64,000 bases of DNA. Origin: Sphingomicrobium sp. (lineage in GTDB: Bacteria; Pseudomonadota; Alphaproteobacteria; Sphingomonadales; Sphingomonadaceae). The position numbers were made by a program, and so were the translations under genes. Location: contig DATCMI010000001.1 in assembly GCA_036563485.1 (NCBI GenBank), forward strand, positions 516,938 to 580,937, in the 5' to 3' direction. Shown here piece by piece: positions 53,017-60,899 of the stretch. Each line of letters begins with the position of its first letter. Position 1 is the first letter of the stretch. The notes under the pieces are model-generated. The model did not search any database. It was not told the origin of the DNA and saw only the letters and a list, made by a program, of their open reading frames with translations.

Positions 53017-54050
53017 CGAAGCGCCCAGTCGGCGGCTTCGGCCACCACCGGGTCTGGGTCGCCAAGGTGCGGCCGGACATGATCGACAAGCGCTGAGTCC
53101 CCGCTGTTCCCCGCTGCGATCAGGCAGTTGCGGATCATTTTGTTGCGGCCGATCCGCTTGATCGGCGATCCGGCGAACATCTCGCGAAAACCAGCGTCGT
53201 CGAGCGCCAGCAGATCCGCGAGCCGAGGGGCGGCGAGTTCGGCTCGTGCCAGGAACGCCCGGTTCGCCGCCGCCGCATCGGCAAAGCGATTCCACGGACA
53301 TACCGCCAGGCAATCGTCGCAGCCGTAGATCCGGTTGCCCATCGGGGCGCGGAACTCTTCGGGGATCGCCCCGTCATGCTCGATGGTCAGGTAGGAAATG
53401 CACCGCCGGGCATCGATCCGGTGCGGCCCCATGAAGGCCTGCGTCGGGCATGCATCGAGGCAGCGGCTGCAGCTTCCGCAATGCCGCCCCGAGCCAGCCG
53501 ATTCGTCTGGCTCCAGCTCAAGGCTGGTCAGGATCACGCCCAGGAACATCCAGCTCCCATGCTCGCGGCTGACCAGGTTCGTATGCTTGCCCTGCCAGCC
53601 GATCCCTGCGGCCTGCGCCAAGGGTTTTTCCATCACCGGCGCGGTGTCGACGAACACCTTCAGCTCCGAAGGAACGGCATCGACGATGAACCGCGCGAGC
53701 GCCTTGAGCGCCTTCTTGACCGTCTTGTGATAGTCGCCGCCCTGCGCATAGACGGAGATGCGCCCGAGTTCCGGGTGCTCCGCCAGCCGCATCGGGTCGC
53801 CCGCCGGCGCGTAGCTCATCCCGAGCGCGATTGCCGATTTGGCTTCGGGCCAAAGCGCCAGCGGCGACACGCGCTGGTGCCCGCGCTCCTCCATCCAGCC
53901 CATCGTCCCGTGGTGGCCGGCTTCGATCCAGCGCTTGATCTCCAGACCGGCGCCATCCGCAGCGTCGGCGCGCGTAAAGCCGCACGCCGCGAAGCCCAGC
54001 TCCGCCGCTTTCGCCCTTATTGCTTCACCAAGCCTTTGCGCTTTATCCAC
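52977..54050 (-). CDS. queG: tRNA epoxyqueuosine(34) reductase
   Basis: Two 4Fe-4S motifs, CGSCSRCLDACPT and CDDCLAVCPWN, plus a C-terminal HEAT-like region. Confidence 0.93.
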   Translation of the reverse strand: MDKAQRLGEAIRAKAAELGFAACGFTRADAADGAGLEIKRWIEAGHHGTMGWMEERGHQRVSPLALWPEAKSAIALGMSYAPAGDPMRLAEHPELGRISVYAQGGDYHKTVKKALKALARFIVDAVPSELKVFVDTAPVMEKPLAQAAGIGWQGKHTNLVSREHGSWMFLGVILTSLELEPDESAGSGRHCGSCSRCLDACPTQAFMGPHRIDARRCISYLTIEHDGAIPEEFRAPMGNRIYGCDDCLAVCPWNRFADAAAANRAFLARAELAAPRLADLLALDDAGFREMFAGSPIKRIGRNKMIRNCLIAAGNSGDSALVDHVRPHLGDPDPVVAEAADWALRQIGFSIAAMQAA

Positions 54051-54064
54051 CCGACACGACTACA

Positions 54065-54143
54065 CCGTTCGGCCTGAGCTTGTCGAAGGCCTGCTTTAAT
54101 TTGTTTAGGAAAAACAGTGCTTCGACAGGCTCAGCACGAACGG
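54065..54143. repeat. REP/MITE-like imperfect inverted repeat (27-nt arms, 22/27 complementary, AT-rich 26-nt loop)
   Basis: CCGTTCGGCCTGAGCTTGTCGAAGGCC ... GTGCTTCGACAGGCTCAGCACGAACGG. Read as protein, the arms give RPELVEG / FDRLSTNG-type peptides, which I recognise as a repeat family dispersed in alphaproteobacterial genomes. Confidence 0.6.
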
Positions 54144-55073
54144 ACGGAGTTCGAGTTCGCCGTTGAAGCGCACGACCTCGTCAAGCAATTCGGCGACACC
54201 CGGGCGGTCGACGGCGTCAACCTGGCGGTCCCAACGGGCTCGATCTACGGCCTGCTCGGGCCGAACGGCGCCGGCAAGACCACCACCTTGCGCATGCTCA
54301 TTGGGATCATCGATCCGTCTAGCGGCACACGGCGCCTGCTCGGTCGCGCCAAGCCGCTCGAGGCGGCATCGCAAGTCGGCTACCTTCCCGAGGAGCGCGG
54401 CCTCTACCCCGCCATGCACGCACGCGATGCCATCGCCTTCATGGGCGCGCTTCGCGGACTTCCGCTCGGCGAAGGACGCCGCCGCGCCGATGATCTTCTG
54501 GCGGAACACGGCCTCGCCGAGTGGGCAAGGAAGCCGATCCGCACCTTGTCGAAGGGCATGGCGCAGACCGTGCAGCTGCTCGGCACCATCGTTCACCGGC
54601 CGCGCCTGATCGTCCTCGACGAGCCCTTTTCGGGCCTCGACGCGATCAACCAGGGCAAGCTCGAAGCCCTGATCCGCCGCGAGGCGGAAGCCGGTGCCAC
54701 CATCATCTTTTCGACCCACGTCATCGCCCATGCCGAGCGGCTGTGCGAACGCGTCGCGATCATCGCCAAGGGCAAGGTGGCCTTCGACGGCGGTGTCGAC
54801 GAAGCCCGCTCGCGCCTGCGCTCGACGGTCCGGCTGCGGACCCGCGAAATGGACGGGCCGTGGCGCTCCGCCCTCCCTCAATCGGCGCGTCAGGAGGGCG
54901 GCGATTGGGTGTTCGAACTGCCGGAAAGCGGTCCCGAACCCTTGCTCAAGGCGCTGATCGACGGCGGCGCCGGGATCGAAACGCTGGCGATCGAACGCCC
55001 CGGCCTTCACGACGCCTTCGTCGCCATTGCCGGCAATGCGGCAGCCGCGGAGATGCAGGGAGCCGGCAAATGA
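54117..55073 (+). CDS. ABC transporter ATP-binding protein (ABC-2 exporter type)
   Basis: GLLGPNGAGKTT (Walker A), LSKGMAQ (signature) and LIVLDEPFSGLD (Walker B). The only available start is the GTG at 54117, inside the right arm of the inverted repeat. Confidence 0.92.
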   Translation: MLRQAQHERTEFEFAVEAHDLVKQFGDTRAVDGVNLAVPTGSIYGLLGPNGAGKTTTLRMLIGIIDPSSGTRRLLGRAKPLEAASQVGYLPEERGLYPAMHARDAIAFMGALRGLPLGEGRRRADDLLAEHGLAEWARKPIRTLSKGMAQTVQLLGTIVHRPRLIVLDEPFSGLDAINQGKLEALIRREAEAGATIIFSTHVIAHAERLCERVAIIAKGKVAFDGGVDEARSRLRSTVRLRTREMDGPWRSALPQSARQEGGDWVFELPESGPEPLLKALIDGGAGIETLAIERPGLHDAFVAIAGNAAAAEMQGAGK

Positions 55074-56272
55074 TGCGCCTGCTCCACGCGAGCTTCGTGA
55101 TAGCCCGGCGCGACTTCGGTGCGACGGTGCTCTCGAAAGCCTTCATCTTCTTCCTGCTTGGCCCGCTGTTCCCGCTGCTCCTCGGCGGCGTATTCGGCGG
55201 CATCGGCGCCCGCGTCGCCAGCCAGGCTGAACGGCCCGTCGTCGCGGTGATCGCCAGCAAGACCGACTTCGACCGCCTTGCCGCCGCGCGCGACCAGTTC
55301 GCCCGCGCCCTGCCGGATCCGGCCGGGGCCGTCGCCCTCACCCACCACCAGCCCGAACCGGACCTGCTCGCGCAACAGAAGCGCCTGCTTGCAAGCCGCA
55401 GCCCGCCGGTGCGCGCCGTCTTCTTCGGCGGTCTCGACCATCCGCATGTCACCGGCGCCGTGTCCGGCGACGGCGCCATGGCTGCTCAGCTGCGCCTGAT
55501 CATCGCCAATGCGCGCGCCAACCCGGAAGCATCCGCGCCCGCGGTCGCCGTCCGTCCGGTCCAGAGCACCACGGGCGCTCTCGCACAGCAGCAGGCGATT
55601 ACGGCTCAAATCGGCCAGATGCTCCTCTTCTTCCTGACCCTGTTCCTCGCCGGCATGGTGATGAGCCAGCTGATCGAGGAGAAATCGAACAAGATCATCG
55701 AGATCATCGCGGCGGCGGTTCCCATCGACGCGATGTTCATCGGCAAATTGTTCGCGATGCTCGCGGCGTCGGTCATCGGCATTCTCGTGTGGGTCGCAGC
55801 CGGGGCCTTCGCCATCGAGACGATCAGCAAAGGCGGCCTTCAGACGCTGGCGCCGCCTGCGGTCGGCTGGCCCGCCTTCCTGACCTTGAGCGTCGTCTAT
55901 TTCGCGATGAACTATCTGCTGATCGGCGCGGTGATGCTGACCATCGGCGCGCAGGCCTCGAGCGCCCGCGAAGTGCAGATCCTGGCCATGCCCGCGACCT
56001 TCGGCCAGTTCCTCGTCTTCGGCCTCGCCGCCGTCGCTGTCGGCAGCCCCAATTCGACCGAAGCCATCGCCGCGGCGATCTTTCCTTTGTCCTCGCCGCT
56101 GACGATGCTTGCCCGCGCCGCCGAAGATCCGGCGCTCTGGCCCCACCTCGCCGCGATCGCCTGGCAGGGCTTGTGGGTCGTCATCATCCTCAAGCTTGCG
56201 GCGCAGCTGTTCCGCAAGACGGTGCTGAAGTCGGGACCGCGCATGAAATGGTGGAAACGCGCCCAAGCCTGA
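55070..56272 (+). CDS. ABC-2 type transporter permease
   Basis: ATG overlaps the ATPase stop (ATGA). N-terminal TM, large extracytoplasmic loop, then five C-terminal TM segments. Confidence 0.85.
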   Translation: MMRLLHASFVIARRDFGATVLSKAFIFFLLGPLFPLLLGGVFGGIGARVASQAERPVVAVIASKTDFDRLAAARDQFARALPDPAGAVALTHHQPEPDLLAQQKRLLASRSPPVRAVFFGGLDHPHVTGAVSGDGAMAAQLRLIIANARANPEASAPAVAVRPVQSTTGALAQQQAITAQIGQMLLFFLTLFLAGMVMSQLIEEKSNKIIEIIAAAVPIDAMFIGKLFAMLAASVIGILVWVAAGAFAIETISKGGLQTLAPPAVGWPAFLTLSVVYFAMNYLLIGAVMLTIGAQASSAREVQILAMPATFGQFLVFGLAAVAVGSPNSTEAIAAAIFPLSSPLTMLARAAEDPALWPHLAAIAWQGLWVVIILKLAAQLFRKTVLKSGPRMKWWKRAQA

Positions 56273-56369
56273 CACGAGGCCGTTGCCGGGAGCGATGTTG
56301 CCGATATGCTGCCCGGCAAGACAAGCGCACCGTCTGTATTGGTGCGCGGCGGAAGGTCGACTTTCAAAC

Positions 56370-56685
56370 GTGAACCAAGCGCAACACAGCTTCCGCCCCA
56401 ACTTCCGTGACGCCGCGGACGGGGAGCGCCTGCGCGAGATCGAACGGGGTTTGCGGGCGCTAAGCCCGGAAGTGCCGTGGACCCATCTCATCGACTTCGG
56501 CGGGCACTCGACGATCTCGCCGCATGAGGACGGTAAGTGGCTGAGGAAGGCACAAGGGCTGCGGCAGTTCGGAGATCGCGCTTCAGCTCGTGCGATCCGT
56601 CGTCTCCGGGCAGACGATCGACGGGAAGTCCGTTCTCGACCTCGGCTGCGGTGAAGGCGGACACGCCATCGTCGGATTGAGCTGA
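56370..56685 (+). pseudogene. Truncated and frameshifted 5' remnant of a class I SAM-dependent methyltransferase
   Basis: Frame 1 gives ...PEVPWTHLIDFGGHSTISPHEDGKW... and stops at 56654. A +1 shift near 56575 gives EIALQLVRSVVSGQTIDGKSVLDLGCGEGGHAIVGLS* with motif I (DLGCGEG). The rest of the Rossmann fold is absent. Confidence 0.6.
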
Positions 56686-56822
56686 ATGACTGCCATCGGA
56701 AACACCAGTTAACGCGCGGCGCGCCGCTGGAGAAACCGTGGCACAGCCGCTTAAGTAGACAAGCCGAATTGCGACGCCCCAGCCTCGCGCGCCTCGGAGC
56801 CCCCTACCATTTGCCTCATTCG

Positions 56823-57485
56823 TTAGTAGCGCCGGTAAGTGGTCGTATGGCGCTCGACGTGCATGCTGCTGACAAGTCCGGCGCGGTCGAGGTTGCAGCG
56901 AAACGCGAGATCGTTGTTGCTCGGGTTCCGGCTGGCATAGGCCTCCCCGCCGGGGCCCGGTCCTTGATAGGCGGTGCCGCGGTAACCGCCGCGATAAAGG
57001 ACGCCACTGTCGATTAGACCTTTGACGCGCATCCCGTCGGATCGGCGCTGCACATCGGTGATGGCGCTTACCCGCATGGTCGCAGTGACGCCCGGAAAGC
57101 CAGCTACGCCTGCCTCGCCCGGGCGAAATGCACCGACGTAAGCGGCGTAGCCCTCCGTCCCGGCATAGCCATTCACGCCATACATGATCGCACCCTGGGC
57201 GAGCGCCGCCGTGGCGCAGCGGGCTACCGCCTCACGCACGCTGGCTGTGTATTTGTCTCCGAACTGCCGGTCGATCACGTCGCGGATTGGGGCTGGCGCA
57301 ATAAACGGTGCCGCTTTTGTGCTTAGCGCCGCGGGCTTCGCAAGCGTCTGGTTCATCGCCTGAGAGGAGCCGGAAGCAGACAGGCTGATGAGCGCGGTCG
57401 CCGCCGCGACGATCGAACCTGTTCTATGAGGTGTTCGCCTCGAGCTCAGCCGAGGTTGGTTCGCGACCAATAGGTTGCTGCCCAC
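56823..57485 (-). CDS. Secreted hypothetical protein (possible Tat-type signal, Gly/Tyr-rich)
   Basis: N-terminus SSRRTPHRTGSIVAAATALISLSASGSSQA. Mature part has no motif I recognise. Overlaps the upstream gene by 1 nt. Confidence 0.6.
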   Translation of the reverse strand: MGSNLLVANQPRLSSRRTPHRTGSIVAAATALISLSASGSSQAMNQTLAKPAALSTKAAPFIAPAPIRDVIDRQFGDKYTASVREAVARCATAALAQGAIMYGVNGYAGTEGYAAYVGAFRPGEAGVAGFPGVTATMRVSAITDVQRRSDGMRVKGLIDSGVLYRGGYRGTAYQGPGPGGEAYASRNPSNNDLAFRCNLDRAGLVSSMHVERHTTTYRRY

Positions 57486-57766
57486 TAGGTCCGCTGCTTG
57501 TCTGGCAACTCGCCTCTACGGATCACCAGGGAATCTTCCGCGTGATCAGCAGCGCCGGCCTTTTGATTCGCTGCGGCAACCACGAGCGAAATATTGTCTC
57601 GCACGAAGCGGCGCCTCTCATCTGCAGATAGCGCAGCGCCCTCGTTCCCGGGCAGCCCGAGATGCTCAGCGATCGCCTCAGGCGTAACTACGACGAGCCG
57701 GCTCTCGCCGCCGATCCAGGCTTCCATCTCCGTGTCCTGGCCGCGTGTCCATACACCGTCCCTCAT
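57485..57766 (-). CDS. Hypothetical protein (DUF1488-like pattern, low confidence)
   Basis: 93-aa ORF. 4-nt overlap with the upstream gene and 1-nt overlap with the downstream gene. Confidence 0.5.
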   Translation of the reverse strand: MRDGVWTRGQDTEMEAWIGGESRLVVVTPEAIAEHLGLPGNEGAALSADERRRFVRDNISLVVAAANQKAGAADHAEDSLVIRRGELPDKQRT

Positions 57767-58146
57767 GCAGCAGGCCGTCCCTTATCTGCCTTGCCGCTGT
57801 CCGGGTTCTCAGTCGGCGCGCTGAGCTGTTGGCGCTGCACATCCTTTGCCAAGGCAGCTTCGAGCTCGCCGGCGCGGATCTGGACCGCTCGGCTACCTGA
57901 AGCCGTTCGTACGATGAGCATACAAGATGTGCGGACAAAGGCTGAATGCCCGTTGCGCTCATGGACGTCTTCGGCGGTTTCGACCGTGTAAGTGCCGGGT
58001 GGATACAGCTCCTCTGACCCGCCGAGGGTAAACTCGTGAAGGAACACGACCTGCTGATCTGAATATCGGGTTGTATCACCGCTTCCCGCACCGGAGCCAT
58101 TTCGCCGCGCTATGAGTGAAGCTGCCATCGCTGTGCGGTCGGACAT
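57763..58146 (-). CDS. Hypothetical protein
   Basis: 127-aa ORF and first gene of a three-gene overlapping unit. No recognisable motif. Confidence 0.5.
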   Translation of the reverse strand: MSDRTAMAASLIARRNGSGAGSGDTTRYSDQQVVFLHEFTLGGSEELYPPGTYTVETAEDVHERNGHSAFVRTSCMLIVRTASGSRAVQIRAGELEAALAKDVQRQQLSAPTENPDSGKADKGRPAA

Positions 58147-58299
58147 TATGTTCTCCGGGCAAGCGGGAACACTCCGGTCCTCAGTTACGCACGGCTTGCT
58201 GCCAGGGTAGCGTAATGAAGGATGATATGGGGCCGCAGCTCAAATGAACAAGGCCGAACGTGCAGCGACAGCATGCTCGAGCCATGCTAGGCCTGCCGA

Positions 58300-58464
58300 A
58301 TGACGACGGATGACAGCAAGCGTAAGTCTCGGGCCAAGGAGAGCGCGGCGAAGCGCTCGCAGCGTCTCGACAAGGCAGAGCAGGGCCGCGAGGCAGGGAC
58401 TAAGGCGGACGATGCGAACGTCCAAAGAATGATCGAGCGCAGCATCAAAGATCACGGCGCCTAG
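58300..58464 (+). CDS. Possible small basic protein (54 aa)
   Basis: MTTDDSKRKSRAKESAAKRSQRLDKAEQGREAGTKADDANVQRMIERSIKDHGA. Weak SD, and below the ORF-track cut-off. It competes with an antisense 104-aa track ORF that looks less protein-like. Confidence 0.35.
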   Translation: MTTDDSKRKSRAKESAAKRSQRLDKAEQGREAGTKADDANVQRMIERSIKDHGA

Positions 58465-58471
58465 TCGGCGG

Positions 58472-58888
58472 CTAATTAGATTTGGAGAGCTTTTGCTCAA
58501 CAAGGTTGGCCAGGCGCTCGGGCGAGTAGGGTTTGGGCAGGAAAGTGCCGTCATCCGGCAGCTGCTCGTTGTCCACGTGAACTGCGCCTGAGGTCACGAT
58601 CAACTCGACTTCCGGCCTGCGGACGCTCACTTCCTTTGCAAGGCCGAGGCCGTCCGGCTCACCCGGCATGTTGATGTCCGTGAAGACGACGCCGATGTCG
58701 GGATGCTTATCGAGGACGTGCAAGGCCTCGGCCGCATCTCCCGCTTCCCACGCCATGATTCCGCGGTCGACCAACGCATCCGCAGCCGCCATCCGGACGA
58801 GCGGCTCGTCCTCTACGACCAGCACTTCTTTGGGCAATGACTGCGTCATCTGTCTGAAACGGTAAGCAAGAGCCTCCGTTCCTGTCAT
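58472..58888 (-). CDS. Single-domain response regulator (receiver only)
   Basis: VLVVEDEPLVR, VVFTDINMPG (phospho-acceptor Asp), LIVTSG, and LPKPY. Alternative ATG at 58849. Confidence 0.85.
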   Translation of the reverse strand: MTGTEALAYRFRQMTQSLPKEVLVVEDEPLVRMAAADALVDRGIMAWEAGDAAEALHVLDKHPDIGVVFTDINMPGEPDGLGLAKEVSVRRPEVELIVTSGAVHVDNEQLPDDGTFLPKPYSPERLANLVEQKLSKSN

Positions 58889-59032
58889 TTCGGGGGTGAA
58901 CGATCAGCTGCAATATCTCGCGTCGAGCGGACGTCCGCCGCACTGGTGTCGGCCGATGCGCGAGCAAAGTAGGTCTCCTGTACCAACCGACCGTACTTTC
59001 GACCGGCGGCAACTGCCTTTATCGATTCAGCA

Positions 59033-60079
59033 ATGGACGACAGCGATTCCCTTTCGAGATTGACGGAGGGCGAGAAGGTCTGCCTGCGGCAATGGCTGCA
59101 GCATAAGTCTGCCAAGGAGATCGCCGCCGACCTCGGAATTTCGCATCATGCAGTCGAGAAGCGCCTTAAGATGGCGCGCACCAAGCTTCGCGCGACATCG
59201 TCCCTGGAAGCCGCTCGGATGCTTGGGGGGGCGGAAGGGTACGGTCCAACCGTAGCCCAATCGCCGGACCTAGTTCGAAATGCTGTCCCGCTGCACTCAA
59301 GCACCACTCGTCTACTACTTGTCGGAGTGGCTATTATGATCCTGACCGGAGCGATCGTCCTCGGCTTGCTGTTGCAGCCCGCTGCCTCCTCGCAAGCAGC
59401 TAATAATCAACCGGTTGAATCCTCCCGAGCACAGGGGTCCTCCCGCGGCTCTGGCCCGACGGCCGGAACGGAGGCTGCACTGCGAATGCTTGTCGCCGGA
59501 CTGGCGAGCGGCTCGCCAGACTACAAGAACCTCTCGCCGGAGTTCGCCGAAGTCGTGCGCCGGGACCTGCCCACTACCCATCCGATGTTTCGCTCGATGG
59601 GCGAGCTGAAGTCGGTGACGTTCGAAGGCCGCGGAGCCATGGGCGACGACGTCTACAATCTGGCTTTCGCGAAGGGCGGGATGACAATGTCGGTCCTGCT
59701 CGACTTCCAGGGCAGGATGGCCGGCGGCGTTCTCCGACCCGCTGGAGAACGGACCTTCAGTCCAGCTTCTGAGCCGAGTGCCGGAACCGAGGCTGCCTTA
59801 CGGAGGCTCGTCGCCGGGCTGGCGAGCGGCTCGCCCGAGTACGGCAAACTCTCTCCGCAGTTCGCCGAAGTCGTCCGTCGAGACCTGCCCATGACGCACC
59901 CCCTGTTCAGCTCGATGGGGCAACTGCAGTCGGTCAATTTCCGCGGACGCGGTTCGATGGGCGACGACGTTTACGACCTGGTCTTTGCTAAGGGCGGGAT
60001 GACCATGTCCGTGGTGCTCGACTCCGAAGGCAGGATGGCCGGCGGCCTTCTCCGACCAGCGCGCGCGCCGGAGCGTTAA
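59033..60079 (+). CDS. Membrane-anchored LuxR/GerE-type HTH regulator with a tandemly duplicated extracytoplasmic domain
   Basis: N-terminal LTEGEKVCLRQWLQHKSAKEIAADLGISHHAVEKRLKMARTKL, one TM segment (LLLVGVAIMILTGAIVLGLLL), then two ~100-aa repeats (GTEAALR.LVAGLASGSP.Y..LSP.FAEVVRRDLP.THP.F.SMG.L.SV.F.GRG.MGDDVY.L.FAKGGMTMSV.LD..GRMAGG.LRPA). Confidence 0.8.
   Translation: MDDSDSLSRLTEGEKVCLRQWLQHKSAKEIAADLGISHHAVEKRLKMARTKLRATSSLEAARMLGGAEGYGPTVAQSPDLVRNAVPLHSSTTRLLLVGVAIMILTGAIVLGLLLQPAASSQAANNQPVESSRAQGSSRGSGPTAGTEAALRMLVAGLASGSPDYKNLSPEFAEVVRRDLPTTHPMFRSMGELKSVTFEGRGAMGDDVYNLAFAKGGMTMSVLLDFQGRMAGGVLRPAGERTFSPASEPSAGTEAALRRLVAGLASGSPEYGKLSPQFAEVVRRDLPMTHPLFSSMGQLQSVNFRGRGSMGDDVYDLVFAKGGMTMSVVLDSEGRMAGGLLRPARAPER
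59462..60060 (+). repeat. Tandem direct duplication, period 318 nt (two copies, roughly 80% identical by eye) inside the LuxR-type gene
   Basis: Copy 1 is 59462-59742 and copy 2 is 59780-60060. They encode the two periplasmic domain copies. Confidence 0.8.
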
Positions 60080-60108
60080 CGACCCGGCCTGGAGTCTCTA
60101 GCGAGGAA

Positions 60109-60132
60109 GTCCGCTTCCCGCCCGAAGCGGAC
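60109..60132. terminator. Hairpin GTCCGCTTC-ccgccc-GAAGCGGAC between convergent genes
   Basis: Perfect 9-bp stem with no clear U-tract on either strand. Confidence 0.4.
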
Positions 60133-60153
60133 AGCACCAAGCGACTGCTTTAG

Positions 60154-60897
60154 CTAGCCGATCGCCTGGCGGGCGTTCTCTGTAAGCTGCTTCATCAGTG
60201 CCATGTGCGGGAACGGGCCGTGGCTGATCCGCGCCACACCGGCTTCCGCCCAGACCTTTTTGTCCGGCGCGCCGGGGAAGGCTATGACGTTGAGCGGCAG
60301 CGGCACTTCGGCAACGATGCGCTCGATCTGCTTCGGATCCGACAGGCGCGGGACGAAGAAGCCGCTGGCGCCCGCATCGGCAAAAGCCTTGCCGCGCTCA
60401 ATCGCCTGGTCGACCAGCGCATCGTCATAGTCGCGCGTCTTCAGGAACAGGTCGGTACGCGCGTTGATGAAGAAGTCGGCGCCGACAGCGCTGCGGATGG
60501 CGCCAATGCGCCGGACCTGGAGCTCGACCGGGTGCAGCCCCTCGCCGCCAATCACCTGGTCTTCGAAATTGCAGCCGACCGCGCCCGTTTCCTTCAGCCG
60601 CGCGGCATTGGCACCGCCTTGCTCCGGCTCATCCGAATAAGCGCCTTCGAAGTCGACCGTGACCGGCACCTCGACGGCTTCGATAATCCGCCGCGCATTG
60701 GCGAGTGCGAAGTCGATCGGGACCTGCTGCCCGTCGGGCCAGCCGTGCGCATCGGCGACGGGATGGCTGCCGGTCGCCAGCGCCTTGGCGCCCGCATCGA
60801 CCACGGCGCGAGCGCTACCAACGTCCCAGATGTTGTAGAGGACCACCGGGTCGCCCGGCACGTGAAGCGCAGCGAAGGTTTCGAACTTGCTTGCCAT
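60154..60897 (-). CDS. Isocitrate lyase / PEP mutase superfamily enzyme
   Basis: VVLYNIWDVGSARAVVDAGAKALATGS, VTVDFEGAY and GCNFEDQV. Internal ATG at 60897, 2 nt after the upstream receiver gene stop. Confidence 0.85.
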   Translation of the reverse strand: MASKFETFAALHVPGDPVVLYNIWDVGSARAVVDAGAKALATGSHPVADAHGWPDGQQVPIDFALANARRIIEAVEVPVTVDFEGAYSDEPEQGGANAARLKETGAVGCNFEDQVIGGEGLHPVELQVRRIGAIRSAVGADFFINARTDLFLKTRDYDDALVDQAIERGKAFADAGASGFFVPRLSDPKQIERIVAEVPLPLNVIAFPGAPDKKVWAEAGVARISHGPFPHMALMKQLTENARQAIG

Positions 60898-60899
60898 GG

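Noticed and set aside
55007-56491. 494-aa ORF on the minus strand
   Set aside because: It is antisense to the ABC-2 permease. Low-complexity Arg/Gly/Asp-rich translation.
58165-58190. GGAAC-N17-CGCA as a third EcfG-type promoter
   Set aside because: The -10 element deviates at two positions, and the nearest downstream ORF is 130 nt away and itself doubtful.
58240-58554. 104-aa minus-strand ORF between the unknown operon and the receiver gene
   Set aside because: It overlaps the 3' end of the receiver gene and has a Leu/Arg/Ala-rich, non-protein-like translation. The 54-codon plus-strand ORF fits the space better, though it is itself low confidence.
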